Below the pieces are notes generated by a model. The model made no database searches. It saw nothing but the letters and a program-made list of their open reading frames with translations, and was not told the origin of the DNA. This document shows, piece after piece, positions 24,862-32,000 of a stretch of DNA of 32,000 nt. A program made the position numbers and the translations under genes. How positions within the stretch are numbered: position 1 is the first letter of the stretch; every line of letters starts with the position of its first letter. Location of the stretch: the NCBI GenBank assembly GCA_003516025.1, contig CP023991.1, forward strand, positions 120,001-152,000, read 5' to 3'. This DNA is from Candidatus Saccharimonadota bacterium. Its GTDB lineage: Bacteria; Patescibacteriota; Saccharimonadia; Saccharimonadales; UBA4665.

Positions 24862-26469
24862 ATGAACAGCAGTACAACACCTAAGCAACAGTCCAAAAAG
24901 GTATCAGTCGGCAGTGTCGCGGGTTTATTGGTTGTGACGGCGCTTGTCGGCCAGTTACTGGGCTTTTTGCGTACTAAACTTATCAATGCCAACTTCGACA
25001 ACCCGCATACGCCGATCGGTGAAAAGGCCGGTGTATACTTCGCGGCGTTTAATATACCTGATTTCTTTTTCTATACTATCGCTGCCGGTGCTCTCGGCGT
25101 GGCCGTCATGCCGTACCTCAGCGACCGGCTGCACAAAGGTGATAAAAGGGGTATGTGGGAGCTCGCGACCAGCATTCTGAACCTGCTGGCACTTATTATG
25201 CTCGGTGTAGGCATTATTATTCTTGTTTTCGCGCATCCGTTAATACAACTTGTAGCTCCTGGCCTGACTCCCGAACAACAGCATAACGGCGCCACGCTTA
25301 TGCGTTTACTGGCGCTTAATCCGTTCCTGTTTACGGTTTCAGGAATTCTGACGAGCGCCCAGCAAACCATCGGCCGTTTCTTTTTCTTTGCTATCGCGCC
25401 GCTGTTTTATAACATTTCGATCATTATCAGCATATATATATTCAAAGATACCCAAATCGGTATCGTGGGACTCGGCATAGGCGCGCTTATCGGCGGTGTG
25501 TTGCAACTGTTAATCGTCAGTCTTGGCCTGATTAACACTAGCTTTCACTGGAAACCGAAAATTATGTGGCGTAGCAGCGAATTTAAGTCGATGTTGCGCC
25601 AGTTGCCGCCACGGTCGCTCGACCAGGGTGCTGACCAGATTCAAAGCATGGTTGACACGCGCTTCGCCTCAAGCATTGCCGGCGCGACCGGTATTAGCAA
25701 CTATAACAATGCCTATGTTTTGCATACGGCGCCGATTTTGCTGCTGGGAACCGCTATTTCTACGGCCGCCTTCCCGCGTTTAAACGCCCGCTTAGCCCAA
25801 GGCCGCCAGGATTTATTCCGGCGTGATTTCCTGAAAATTCTCAGAGCTATTATCTGGATGGCCATTCCAGTCGTGATTATTGCCTTTTATGCCCGCGGTT
25901 ACCTGGCGCGCTTTATTTTTAGCCAGAACGCTCCGGAAATCGCCGTACTGTTTGGTTTTCTGACAGTCGCTGTTTTCTTCCGTACGCTTTACGCTATTAT
26001 TTCCCGCTGGTTCTACGCGCAAAAAGATACCTGGACGCCGCTGGCCGTATCGGTATTTGTCATTTTGCTTAATATTGTGCTGGTCTATTTCTTAACTAAA
26101 CCCAATTCGTATGGCCTAGCCGGTTTAGCGCTCGCGCAGTCACTTGTCGCTACCGTAGAAGTCGTTATTTTGTTCAGTGTCATGCTGTACCGCGACCCGA
26201 AGTTGCTTGACGCGTCGTTTTGGTCCGGCATTGTCAAGATTGTTTCGGTTTCCGGGTTTAGTCTGATAGCAGGTTTTATCATGGTATCTATTTACCCGCT
26301 TGGAATCAGCGACAAGGGTTTTGCCGTACTAACAAAATTATCGCTTATTGCCGTCGTTACGCTGGGTGTCCATATCGGTGTCTCGGCGCTGTTCGGCCTG
26401 GAAGAAGTCAGGCCGATCTTTAAGCGGGCGAAAGCCATTTTATTTAAGTCCGTCGGGATTCCTTACTAG
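24862..26469 (+). CDS. murJ: lipid II flippase MurJ (MviN family)
   Basis: A 535-aa polytopic protein with MurJ-type patterns (FGF.R..L....FG......DAF-like N-terminus; ...FPRL...) and about 14 TM helices. Confidence 0.8.
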   Translation: MNSSTTPKQQSKKVSVGSVAGLLVVTALVGQLLGFLRTKLINANFDNPHTPIGEKAGVYFAAFNIPDFFFYTIAAGALGVAVMPYLSDRLHKGDKRGMWELATSILNLLALIMLGVGIIILVFAHPLIQLVAPGLTPEQQHNGATLMRLLALNPFLFTVSGILTSAQQTIGRFFFFAIAPLFYNISIIISIYIFKDTQIGIVGLGIGALIGGVLQLLIVSLGLINTSFHWKPKIMWRSSEFKSMLRQLPPRSLDQGADQIQSMVDTRFASSIAGATGISNYNNAYVLHTAPILLLGTAISTAAFPRLNARLAQGRQDLFRRDFLKILRAIIWMAIPVVIIAFYARGYLARFIFSQNAPEIAVLFGFLTVAVFFRTLYAIISRWFYAQKDTWTPLAVSVFVILLNIVLVYFLTKPNSYGLAGLALAQSLVATVEVVILFSVMLYRDPKLLDASFWSGIVKIVSVSGFSLIAGFIMVSIYPLGISDKGFAVLTKLSLIAVVTLGVHIGVSALFGLEEVRPIFKRAKAILFKSVGIPY

Positions 26470-26490
26470 CCAACGTACCTCTGTTATTTA

Positions 26491-26499
26491 TGCTATAAT
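26491..26499 (+). promoter_or_regulatory. extended -10 TGCTATAAT, 7 nt upstream of the lepA ATG (leaderless candidate)
   Basis: TGCTATAAT sits at 26491-26499 and the ATG at 26507. There is no SD in between. Confidence 0.55.
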
Positions 26500-26506
26500 A
26501 TAGTTA

Positions 26507-28294
26507 ATGGACCTAATAAAAAAATCCGCAATTCGAAATTTCTGCATCATCGCGCACATTGACCATGGCAAAAGCACTTTGGCAGACCGTTTACTGGAGC
26601 TAACCGGTACCGTCGAAAAACGCAACATGAAGGCGCAGCTGCTCGACCGTATGGACCTGGAGCGCGAAAAGGGCATTACTATCAAGCTGGCGCCTGTCCG
26701 GATGGAGTACAAGGGCTTTGAGCTTAACCTGATTGACACGCCCGGGCATGTTGACTTCTCATATGAGGTTTCTCGTAGTCTCGAAGCTTGTGAAGGTGCT
26801 CTGCTGGTTGTTGATGCCACCCAGGGTATCCAGGCACAAACCCTGGCTAACGTGTACCTGGCGATAGCGGCTGACCTGACAATCATTCCAGTGCTCAACA
26901 AAATTGATTTACCGGCAGCCGATGTCGAGCGGGTGAGCGCCGAAGTTATGAACTTACTCGGCTGCAGCCGTGAAGACATCCTGGAAATTTCCGCCAAAAC
27001 CGGCATGGGCGTCGACAAAGTGCTGGAGCGCATCGTCAAAGACATCCCCGAACCGAAACCATCCGAGCGTAACGAAACCCGTGCCCTCATCTTTGACTCC
27101 TATTACGATGATTATCGCGGCGTAATTCTGTATGTCCGTGTCTTTGATGGTTTCATCGATAAAAACGCCAGTATTCAGATGATGGCTACCAGCGCTAATG
27201 GCCTTGCTCTGGAAGTCGGCGCCTTGAAGCCGGAAATGACAGCCGGCAAAAGCCTGCAGGCTGGTGAAATCGGCTACATTGTCACCAACCTCAAGTCTAC
27301 CCGCGAAGCCAAAGTCGGTGACACTATTACTTTGCAGAGTAATCCGTCGACGGCGCAGCTGCCGGGCTACAAAAACGTCCAGCCGTTCGTGTACGCCGGC
27401 TTTTTCCCTGAAAGCAACGAGTTTTATCAGGAGTTGAAAGACGCGGTCGAGAAATTGTCACTCAGTGATTCGGCGCTGCAATTCGAGCCGGAAAACTCGC
27501 CGGTGCTTGGTTTCGGTGTCCGCATCGGCTTCCTGGGGCTATTGCACATGGATATCGTCCGTGAGCGTTTGGAGCGGGAATATAATCTTGACCTGGTCGT
27601 TACCAACCCGTCGACCGACTACCAGATTAGTTTATTGAATGGTGATGAACTGGATATTAAAAGCGCCGCTGATCTGCCCGACCCGGCGAGTATAAAAGAA
27701 ATCCGCGAACCATGGATTCGCGGTGAAATTATCGTGCCGCAGGATTATGTCGGGCCGGTTATCCAACTTATTTCCGGCAAGCGTGGTTTGCAGACCAACT
27801 TAAGCTACGTCGAAGAGCGTGCCTTGGTCGCCTTCGAGGCACCGCTGGCCAACCTGTTAACCGATTTTTACGACCAACTCAAAAGCCTGACCAGCGGTTA
27901 CGGCTCATTCAATTATGAACTGGACAACTACCGCGCCGAAGACCTGGTGCGCGTTGATTTTTACGTGGCTGGTGAAATGGTAAGCGCCCTGAGTATTATG
28001 GTGCACCGCAGTGAAGCCGACAGTATCGGCCGTATAACCGTCGGTAAACTGAAAGAAGTAATTCCTCGTCAAAATTTCCAAGTCGCGCTGCAGGCGGCCA
28101 TAGGCGGCCGTTTTATCGCTCGCGAAGACATCAGCGCGTACCGTAAAGACGTGACAACCGGTTTGTATGGTGGCGACGTATCGCGCAAGAAAAAGGTACT
28201 CGCCAAGCAGGCGAAAGGCAAGAAGCGTATGAAACGCTTTGGTAAGGTTGATATTCCGGCTGAAGCTTTCACGGTCATGCTCAAGCGTGACTAG
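26507..28294 (+). CDS. lepA: elongation factor 4 (LepA)
   Basis: IRNFCIIAHIDHGKSTLADR, DTPGHVDF, NKIDLP, and the C-terminal LepA-specific domain (...GGDVSRKKKLL..Q..GKKRMK..G.V.IP.EAF). Confidence 0.97.
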   Translation: MDLIKKSAIRNFCIIAHIDHGKSTLADRLLELTGTVEKRNMKAQLLDRMDLEREKGITIKLAPVRMEYKGFELNLIDTPGHVDFSYEVSRSLEACEGALLVVDATQGIQAQTLANVYLAIAADLTIIPVLNKIDLPAADVERVSAEVMNLLGCSREDILEISAKTGMGVDKVLERIVKDIPEPKPSERNETRALIFDSYYDDYRGVILYVRVFDGFIDKNASIQMMATSANGLALEVGALKPEMTAGKSLQAGEIGYIVTNLKSTREAKVGDTITLQSNPSTAQLPGYKNVQPFVYAGFFPESNEFYQELKDAVEKLSLSDSALQFEPENSPVLGFGVRIGFLGLLHMDIVRERLEREYNLDLVVTNPSTDYQISLLNGDELDIKSAADLPDPASIKEIREPWIRGEIIVPQDYVGPVIQLISGKRGLQTNLSYVEERALVAFEAPLANLLTDFYDQLKSLTSGYGSFNYELDNYRAEDLVRVDFYVAGEMVSALSIMVHRSEADSIGRITVGKLKEVIPRQNFQVALQAAIGGRFIAREDISAYRKDVTTGLYGGDVSRKKKVLAKQAKGKKRMKRFGKVDIPAEAFTVMLKRD

Positions 28295-28300
28295 AGGTTA

Positions 28301-28309
28301 TGGTATAAT
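28301..28309 (+). promoter_or_regulatory. extended -10 TGGTATAAT, 6 nt upstream of ATG 28316 (leaderless candidate)
   Basis: TGGTATAAT sits at 28301-28309. There is no SD before ATG 28316. Confidence 0.5.
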
Positions 28310-28315
28310 TTGCCG

Positions 28316-29050
28316 ATGGAAGAACGTTTGCAGCAACTTGTTGATAATTACCGGATTTCCGCTCAGGCGGCTGAAGTTGTCCGGGCCACGCCCATCGTCT
28401 TGCTGGTTGGCGTCAGTGGTGCTGGCAAGGATACTATAAAGCACCGGTTGCTGGAAGGCGGCAAGTATCATCACATTGTTTCACATACTACCCGGGCGCC
28501 CCGTGAAAATGGTGGCGTCATGGAAAGCGATGGCGCGGACTATCACTTTATTGACAAAGAAGAAGCGGCCGATATGTTGGAAAGCGGCGCGTTCGTAGAA
28601 GCCAAAAAATACGGTGATAACCTGTACGGTACCAGCGTGGCGGAAATTGAGCAGGCGCAGCGGGAAGGTAAAATAGCTATTACCGATCTTGAAGTTCAGG
28701 GAGTAGCCGAATATAAAGCCCTGTCTCCAAATGTCGTGGCCCTGTTCATATTGCCGCCGGATTATGCAGAGTGGCAACGCCGGCTGCATGCCCGGTATGG
28801 CGTGCAGGGAGCCGATCCGGCTGACATAACTAAGCGTATGCGAACGGCAATCGCCGAATTGGAAGAGGCATTACGCCAGCCCTACTATCACTTCGTGGTT
28901 AACGCCAATATCGATGAAGCGGTGGGCGCCGTGGACAAAATCGCACATCGCGCGACGACCGGTGATGAATTTACGACCGTAGATCGCAGTTTCCAACACT
29001 GGGCAGAGCAGTTGCTTGAGGATTTACAAGACGGCGCCAAGCTCCAGTAG
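28316..29050 (+). CDS. gmk: guanylate kinase-like nucleoside monophosphate kinase with N- and C-terminal extensions
   Basis: P-loop GVSGAGKDT, SHTTRAPRENG...DGADYHFI and NLYGTS. I moved the start from TTG 28310 to ATG 28316. Confidence 0.65.
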   Translation: MEERLQQLVDNYRISAQAAEVVRATPIVLLVGVSGAGKDTIKHRLLEGGKYHHIVSHTTRAPRENGGVMESDGADYHFIDKEEAADMLESGAFVEAKKYGDNLYGTSVAEIEQAQREGKIAITDLEVQGVAEYKALSPNVVALFILPPDYAEWQRRLHARYGVQGADPADITKRMRTAIAELEEALRQPYYHFVVNANIDEAVGAVDKIAHRATTGDEFTTVDRSFQHWAEQLLEDLQDGAKLQ

Positions 29051-29055
29051 GCCGG

Positions 29056-29082
29056 TTAGCACTCTTGACTATTGAGTGCTAA
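29056..29082 (+). promoter_or_regulatory. canonical CIRCE operator (TTAGCACTC-N9-GAGTGCTAA) overlapping the hrcA promoter
   Basis: An exact match to the CIRCE consensus. The spacer contains TTGACT (29065-29070) as a -35. TACAAT at 29089-29094 lies 18 nt downstream and 6 nt before the hrcA ATG. Confidence 0.95.
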
Positions 29083-29100
29083 ACGACATACAATTTAGGT

Positions 29101-29820
29101 ATGACGCCTATTACAGACCGCCAAAAACTGATTCTCTCAGCTATAGTCGAACAATATGCCGAAGTAGCCAGCCCGGTGGGTAGCAAGCTTCTGGCTAAGA
29201 TTTTCAATGTATCTTCGGCTACCATTCGCGCCGAAATGGTCGAGCTGGAAAAGGCCGGCTTTATCGCTCAGCCGCACACCAGTGCCGGCCGCATTCCAAC
29301 CGATAAGGGCTATCGTTTTTATGTTAATAATATGGCCGACAGCGATCAACAGGTCAGCTTACCGGCCCGCCGCGCCGAAAAAGCCCTCAGCATGCGCGTG
29401 CAGGGCGCTGGTATGCCGGAGCAAAAAATCCGCAATGCCGTCGACACATTAGTGGAACTGACGCACAATCTTGGCATGGCGACCATTGGCGGCCAGTTAT
29501 ATATGAGTGGCCTGTTAAACCTGTTCGGGCAGCCGGAATTCATCCAGGCCGGGCAGGTACGGCAAGTCGCCGGATTACTGGATAATCTGGAGCCATGGTT
29601 GCGGGAAGCCGCGCCAAATCAACCGCTCAGCGTCTATATTGGCCGTGAAAACCCTATTGGCCGGGCAGCAGGTTGTACGCTCATCATTTCGCGCTTCCGC
29701 AGCCCATTCAGCGACCGCAGTTACATCGGTACGCTTGGACCAACCAGACAAAGTTATAAAGAAGTAATGACGCTGGTACGCCATGCCGGCGAAGAACTTG
29801 AGGAGGTGTTATATGGCTAA
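29101..29820 (+). CDS. hrcA: heat-inducible transcription repressor HrcA (short, 239 aa)
   Basis: N-terminal winged helix RQ..IL.AIVE.Y......VGSK.L.......SSATIR.EM..LE..G....PHTSAGR.PT..GYR.YV. A CIRCE lies upstream and grpE downstream. Confidence 0.9.
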   Translation: MTPITDRQKLILSAIVEQYAEVASPVGSKLLAKIFNVSSATIRAEMVELEKAGFIAQPHTSAGRIPTDKGYRFYVNNMADSDQQVSLPARRAEKALSMRVQGAGMPEQKIRNAVDTLVELTHNLGMATIGGQLYMSGLLNLFGQPEFIQAGQVRQVAGLLDNLEPWLREAAPNQPLSVYIGRENPIGRAAGCTLIISRFRSPFSDRSYIGTLGPTRQSYKEVMTLVRHAGEELEEVLYG

Positions 29821-30337
29821 ACAATCACGACCACACGACGAAAACGCGGCGCAGGAAAACGTTTCACAAGACATTTTACAGGATTCATCAGCCGATAGCT
29901 CTCAGCTTGAAAAACAGGTGGCTGAGTTAACCGAAGCGCTGCAGCGCGAACGGGCTGACGCCACCAATATCCGCCGCCGCCATGAAGAGCAGGTTGCTGG
30001 CATGCGTAACATGATTAAAGCTAATGTAGTACGTGATCTGCTGCCAGTTATCGACAATTTTGACCGGGCGCTCAAACACGTGCCAAAAGAGCTCGAAAGC
30101 AACGATTATATTAAGGGTGTTCAAGGCGTAGTTAAGCAGTTCGAAAAAACTTTAGCTGACATGGGTGTCGAAAAAATTAAAACAGTCGACGCGCCTTTCG
30201 ACCCGAAATTCCATGAAGCGGTCCAAATGGAAGAAGGTGATGGAACCGAAGAAGTAGTCAGCGAAGAATTGCAGTCCGGCTATACGCTTGGTGACGAAAT
30301 CATCCGGCACGCCATGGTAAAGGTAAAACTCCAGTAG
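29813..30337 (+). CDS. grpE: nucleotide exchange factor GrpE
   Basis: LLPVIDNFDRAL, FDP..HEA and G...G....R.A.V.V. Start chosen at ATG 29813, with GAGGAGG upstream. It overlaps the hrcA stop as ATGGCTAA. Confidence 0.9.
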   Translation: MAKQSRPHDENAAQENVSQDILQDSSADSSQLEKQVAELTEALQRERADATNIRRRHEEQVAGMRNMIKANVVRDLLPVIDNFDRALKHVPKELESNDYIKGVQGVVKQFEKTLADMGVEKIKTVDAPFDPKFHEAVQMEEGDGTEEVVSEELQSGYTLGDEIIRHAMVKVKLQ

Positions 30338-30339
30338 GT

Positions 30340-30588
30340 ATGTTCACCGATCGCTGCCCCGAGCCGCTCGATTTGCCTTCCGGACTGGCGGGGGATCAGG
30401 CCCGGTCAGCCTATCAGTTTATGCTTAAGCAGCTAGGGCAGCCGCTGGCGCTTGCCGGCAACTGCCGGCTGGAAAATGACTATCAAATAAGTCAGGAAAT
30501 GAGACGCCGGTACACGCTCAGCGGGTATACCGCCGCCAATATAGCGTACCTCGCGATACGTGATATGACTGAAATTCAAAATTTATAG
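30340..30588 (+). CDS. hypothetical 82-aa protein between grpE and dnaK
   Basis: ORF only. The ATG is 2 nt after the grpE stop. The region is more GC-rich than its surroundings. No motif recognised. Confidence 0.35.
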   Translation: MFTDRCPEPLDLPSGLAGDQARSAYQFMLKQLGQPLALAGNCRLENDYQISQEMRRRYTLSGYTAANIAYLAIRDMTEIQNL

Positions 30589-30615
30589 TTAGCACTCTTG
30601 ACACTTGAGTGCCAA
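30589..30615 (+). promoter_or_regulatory. CIRCE operator variant (TTAGCACTC-N9-GAGTGCCAA), TTGACA in spacer
   Basis: One mismatch to the consensus. The design matches the hrcA operator, with the -35 inside the spacer. The -10 candidate is either TATGCT (30621-30626) or TGCTAAAAT (30623-30631). Confidence 0.85.
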
Positions 30616-30635
30616 TTTTTTATGCTAAAATAGTA

Positions 30636-30662
30636 TTAGCACTCAATTAATACCATTGCTAA
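30636..30662 (+). promoter_or_regulatory. degenerate third CIRCE (TTAGCACTC-N9-CATTGCTAA)
   Basis: The left arm is perfect and the right arm matches 6 of 9. It lies just downstream of the putative -10, so the promoter is bracketed by two operators. Confidence 0.5.
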
Positions 30663-30674
30663 AGGAGAATCACA

Positions 30675-30860
30675 ATGTCTATAGAGCAAGGCGGAGAAAA
30701 CCGTCACTATACCGCGGCAGAATGGTTTGAGATTACACACGGTCGTTCTGCTAATCCAAATGGTGATGAACCGGTCATTGCTACCCCGCCCACCGAAGAA
30801 GAAATGAGGACGGCCCGGCAGGAATTCATGGATATTAGTTTTGAGGAACCACTTTTTTAA
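30675..30860 (+). CDS. 61-aa acidic small protein, unknown, under CIRCE control upstream of dnaK
   Basis: An AAAGGAG SD lies 7 nt upstream of the ATG. The sequence ends ...EFMDISFEEPLF (acidic plus aromatic C-terminus). Confidence 0.5.
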   Translation: MSIEQGGENRHYTAAEWFEITHGRSANPNGDEPVIATPPTEEEMRTARQEFMDISFEEPLF

Positions 30861-30893
30861 TAACACTATCGGTATTTCACGGAGGAATCATAC

Positions 30894-32000
30894 ATGAGTA
30901 AAATTATCGGAATCGATTTAGGTACGACTAACTCGGCAATGGCCGTTATGCAGGCCGGTAAGCCGGAAATTATCGCTAACTCCGAAGGTGCGCGCACGAC
31001 GCCTTCCGTAGTTGCCGTCAACAAAAATGGCGAGCGTCTGGTTGGCCAGGTTGCCCGCCGCCAGCAGGTGACCAATAGTAAAAACACTATTTATGAAGTA
31101 AAACGCCTGATTGGACGCAATTTCAATGACAAAGAAGTCCAGCGCGACCTGAAGCTGATGGGTTACGAAATCATTAAAAGCGGCAACGGCGTTAAAGTAA
31201 AGATGGCCGACAAGGAATACAGCCCTGAAGAAATCAGTGCTATGATCCTGAGTAAGCTGAAAGCTGACGCCGAAGGTTTCCTGGGTGACACTGTTACTGA
31301 AGCGGTCATTACTGTTCCTGCGTATTTCGATGATTCGCAGCGCCAAGCAACTAAAGATGCAGGTAAAATCGCCGGTCTTGAAGTTAAGCGCATTATCAAT
31401 GAGCCGACTGCCGCCGCATTGGCCTACGGTCTCGACAAAGGCAGCAAGGCCGACGAAAAGATCGCTGTTTATGACCTCGGTGGTGGTACATTCGACGTTT
31501 CTATTCTGGAGCTCGGCGACGGTGTTTTCGAAGTAAAGTCCACCAACGGTGACACCCACCTCGGTGGTGCCGACTTCGACCGCACGATTGTTAACTACTT
31601 TGTTGACGAATTCAAGAAAGAACATGGCCTGGACATTTCTGACGACAAGGCTGCCATGCAGCGCCTGCGTGACGAAGCTGAAAAGGCTAAGATTGAGCTC
31701 TCGGCTGCCCAAGAAGTTAACATCAATCTGCCATTCCTGACGGCTGATGCTGATGGTCCAAAGCACTTTGAACACAACCTGACCCGCGCCAAGCTGGAAA
31801 ACTTGGTCGCTGACCTGGTCGATAAAACGGCTGACCCATGTGAAAAAGCACTGAAAGACGCCGGCCTCAAGGCCTCCGAAATCGACGCCGTCGTACTGGT
31901 CGGTGGTATGACCCGCATGCCCGCCGTGCAGGAAAAGGTTAAGAATATCTTTGGTAAGGACCCGATGAAGGGCGTGAATCCTGACGAAGTCGTGGCCGTC
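30894..32000 (+). CDS. dnaK: molecular chaperone DnaK (Hsp70), 3'-truncated by window end
   Basis: Absent from the ORF track because there is no stop in the window. My manual translation reads [42 protein letters not shown]...[20 protein letters not shown]...[17 protein letters not shown] lies 8 nt upstream of the ATG. Confidence 0.97.
   Translation, partial: MSKIIGIDLGTTNSAMAVMQAGKPEIIANSEGARTTPSVVAVNKNGERLVGQVARRQQVTNSKNTIYEVKRLIGRNFNDKEVQRDLKLMGYEIIKSGNGVKVKMADKEYSPEEISAMILSKLKADAEGFLGDTVTEAVITVPAYFDDSQRQATKDAGKIAGLEVKRIINEPTAAALAYGLDKGSKADEKIAVYDLGGGTFDVSILELGDGVFEVKSTNGDTHLGGADFDRTIVNYFVDEFKKEHGLDISDDKAAMQRLRDEAEKAKIELSAAQEVNINLPFLTADADGPKHFEHNLTRAKLENLVADLVDKTADPCEKALKDAGLKASEIDAVVLVGGMTRMPAVQEKVKNIFGKDPMKGVNPDEVVAV

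Noticed and set aside
26488-27090. A 200-aa minus-strand ORF.
   Set aside because: It is antisense to the GTPase domain of lepA. Its composition is low-complexity and Ser/Arg-rich, and it has no start context.
30918-31775. A 285-aa minus-strand ORF, plus the 31163-31399 and 31595-31918 minus-strand ORFs and the 31285-31536 and 31549-31740 out-of-frame plus-strand ORFs.
   Set aside because: These lie entirely inside dnaK, either antisense or out of frame. The plus-strand frame that starts at 30894 gives a textbook Hsp70 sequence. Long shadow ORFs opposite dnaK are a well-known artefact.
1-32000. A scan for CRISPR arrays, rRNA, IS elements or transposases, and long tandem repeats.
   Set aside because: I saw no regularly spaced direct repeats, no rRNA-like sequence and no transposase-like ORF. 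The only low-complexity repeat is the protein-level Pro/Lys tail at about 24403-24780.

Overview
The window is a gene-dense bacterial chromosome segment. By eye the core is about 50-60% GC. A roughly 9.1 kb, more AT-rich integrative island at about 8106-17252 interrupts it.

Core genes:
- a 5'-truncated DUF4832-like secreted protein
- a DEDD-exonuclease/GIY-YIG fusion
- an MsrQ-like heme membrane protein followed by two secreted proteins whose mature N-terminus is His (one is YcnI/DUF1775-like)
- an orphan PAS-PAS histidine kinase and a HAD phosphatase
- TauE/SafE, and a Nudix plus Ham1/ITPase pair
- tilS, ftsH, a soluble VirD4/TraD-like P-loop ATPase with a Pro/Lys-rich tail, murJ, lepA and a gmk-like kinase
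- an hrcA-grpE-(orf82)-(orf61)-dnaK heat-shock locus with one canonical and two variant CIRCE operators

The gene content and the tight packing are reminiscent of Patescibacteria/Saccharibacteria. That is inference only.

The island is bounded on the right by a tRNA(CAU) gene. A large serine recombinase ORF reads antisense into that tRNA. On the left it is bounded by a degenerate copy of the tRNA 3' end.

Island cargo:
1. An unrecognisable three-gene minus-strand operon: a 3-TM protein, a 453-aa protein with a PD-(D/E)xK-like motif, and a TM/coiled-coil/2-TM protein. It sits behind a structured, terminator-containing leader. This is the best candidate for an undescribed conflict or defence system.
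2. A MerR (NmlR/AdhR-like) operon encoding Zn-ADH, ABM monooxygenase, cupin, DUF2255 and aldo/keto reductase, with strong Shine-Dalgarno sites.
3. Two small unknown proteins plus the recombinase.

Several core genes have an extended -10 box only 6-8 nt upstream of the ATG and no SD, which suggests leaderless mRNAs.

No CRISPR array, rRNA or transposase was seen. All family assignments come from motif recognition by eye. Nothing was searched.
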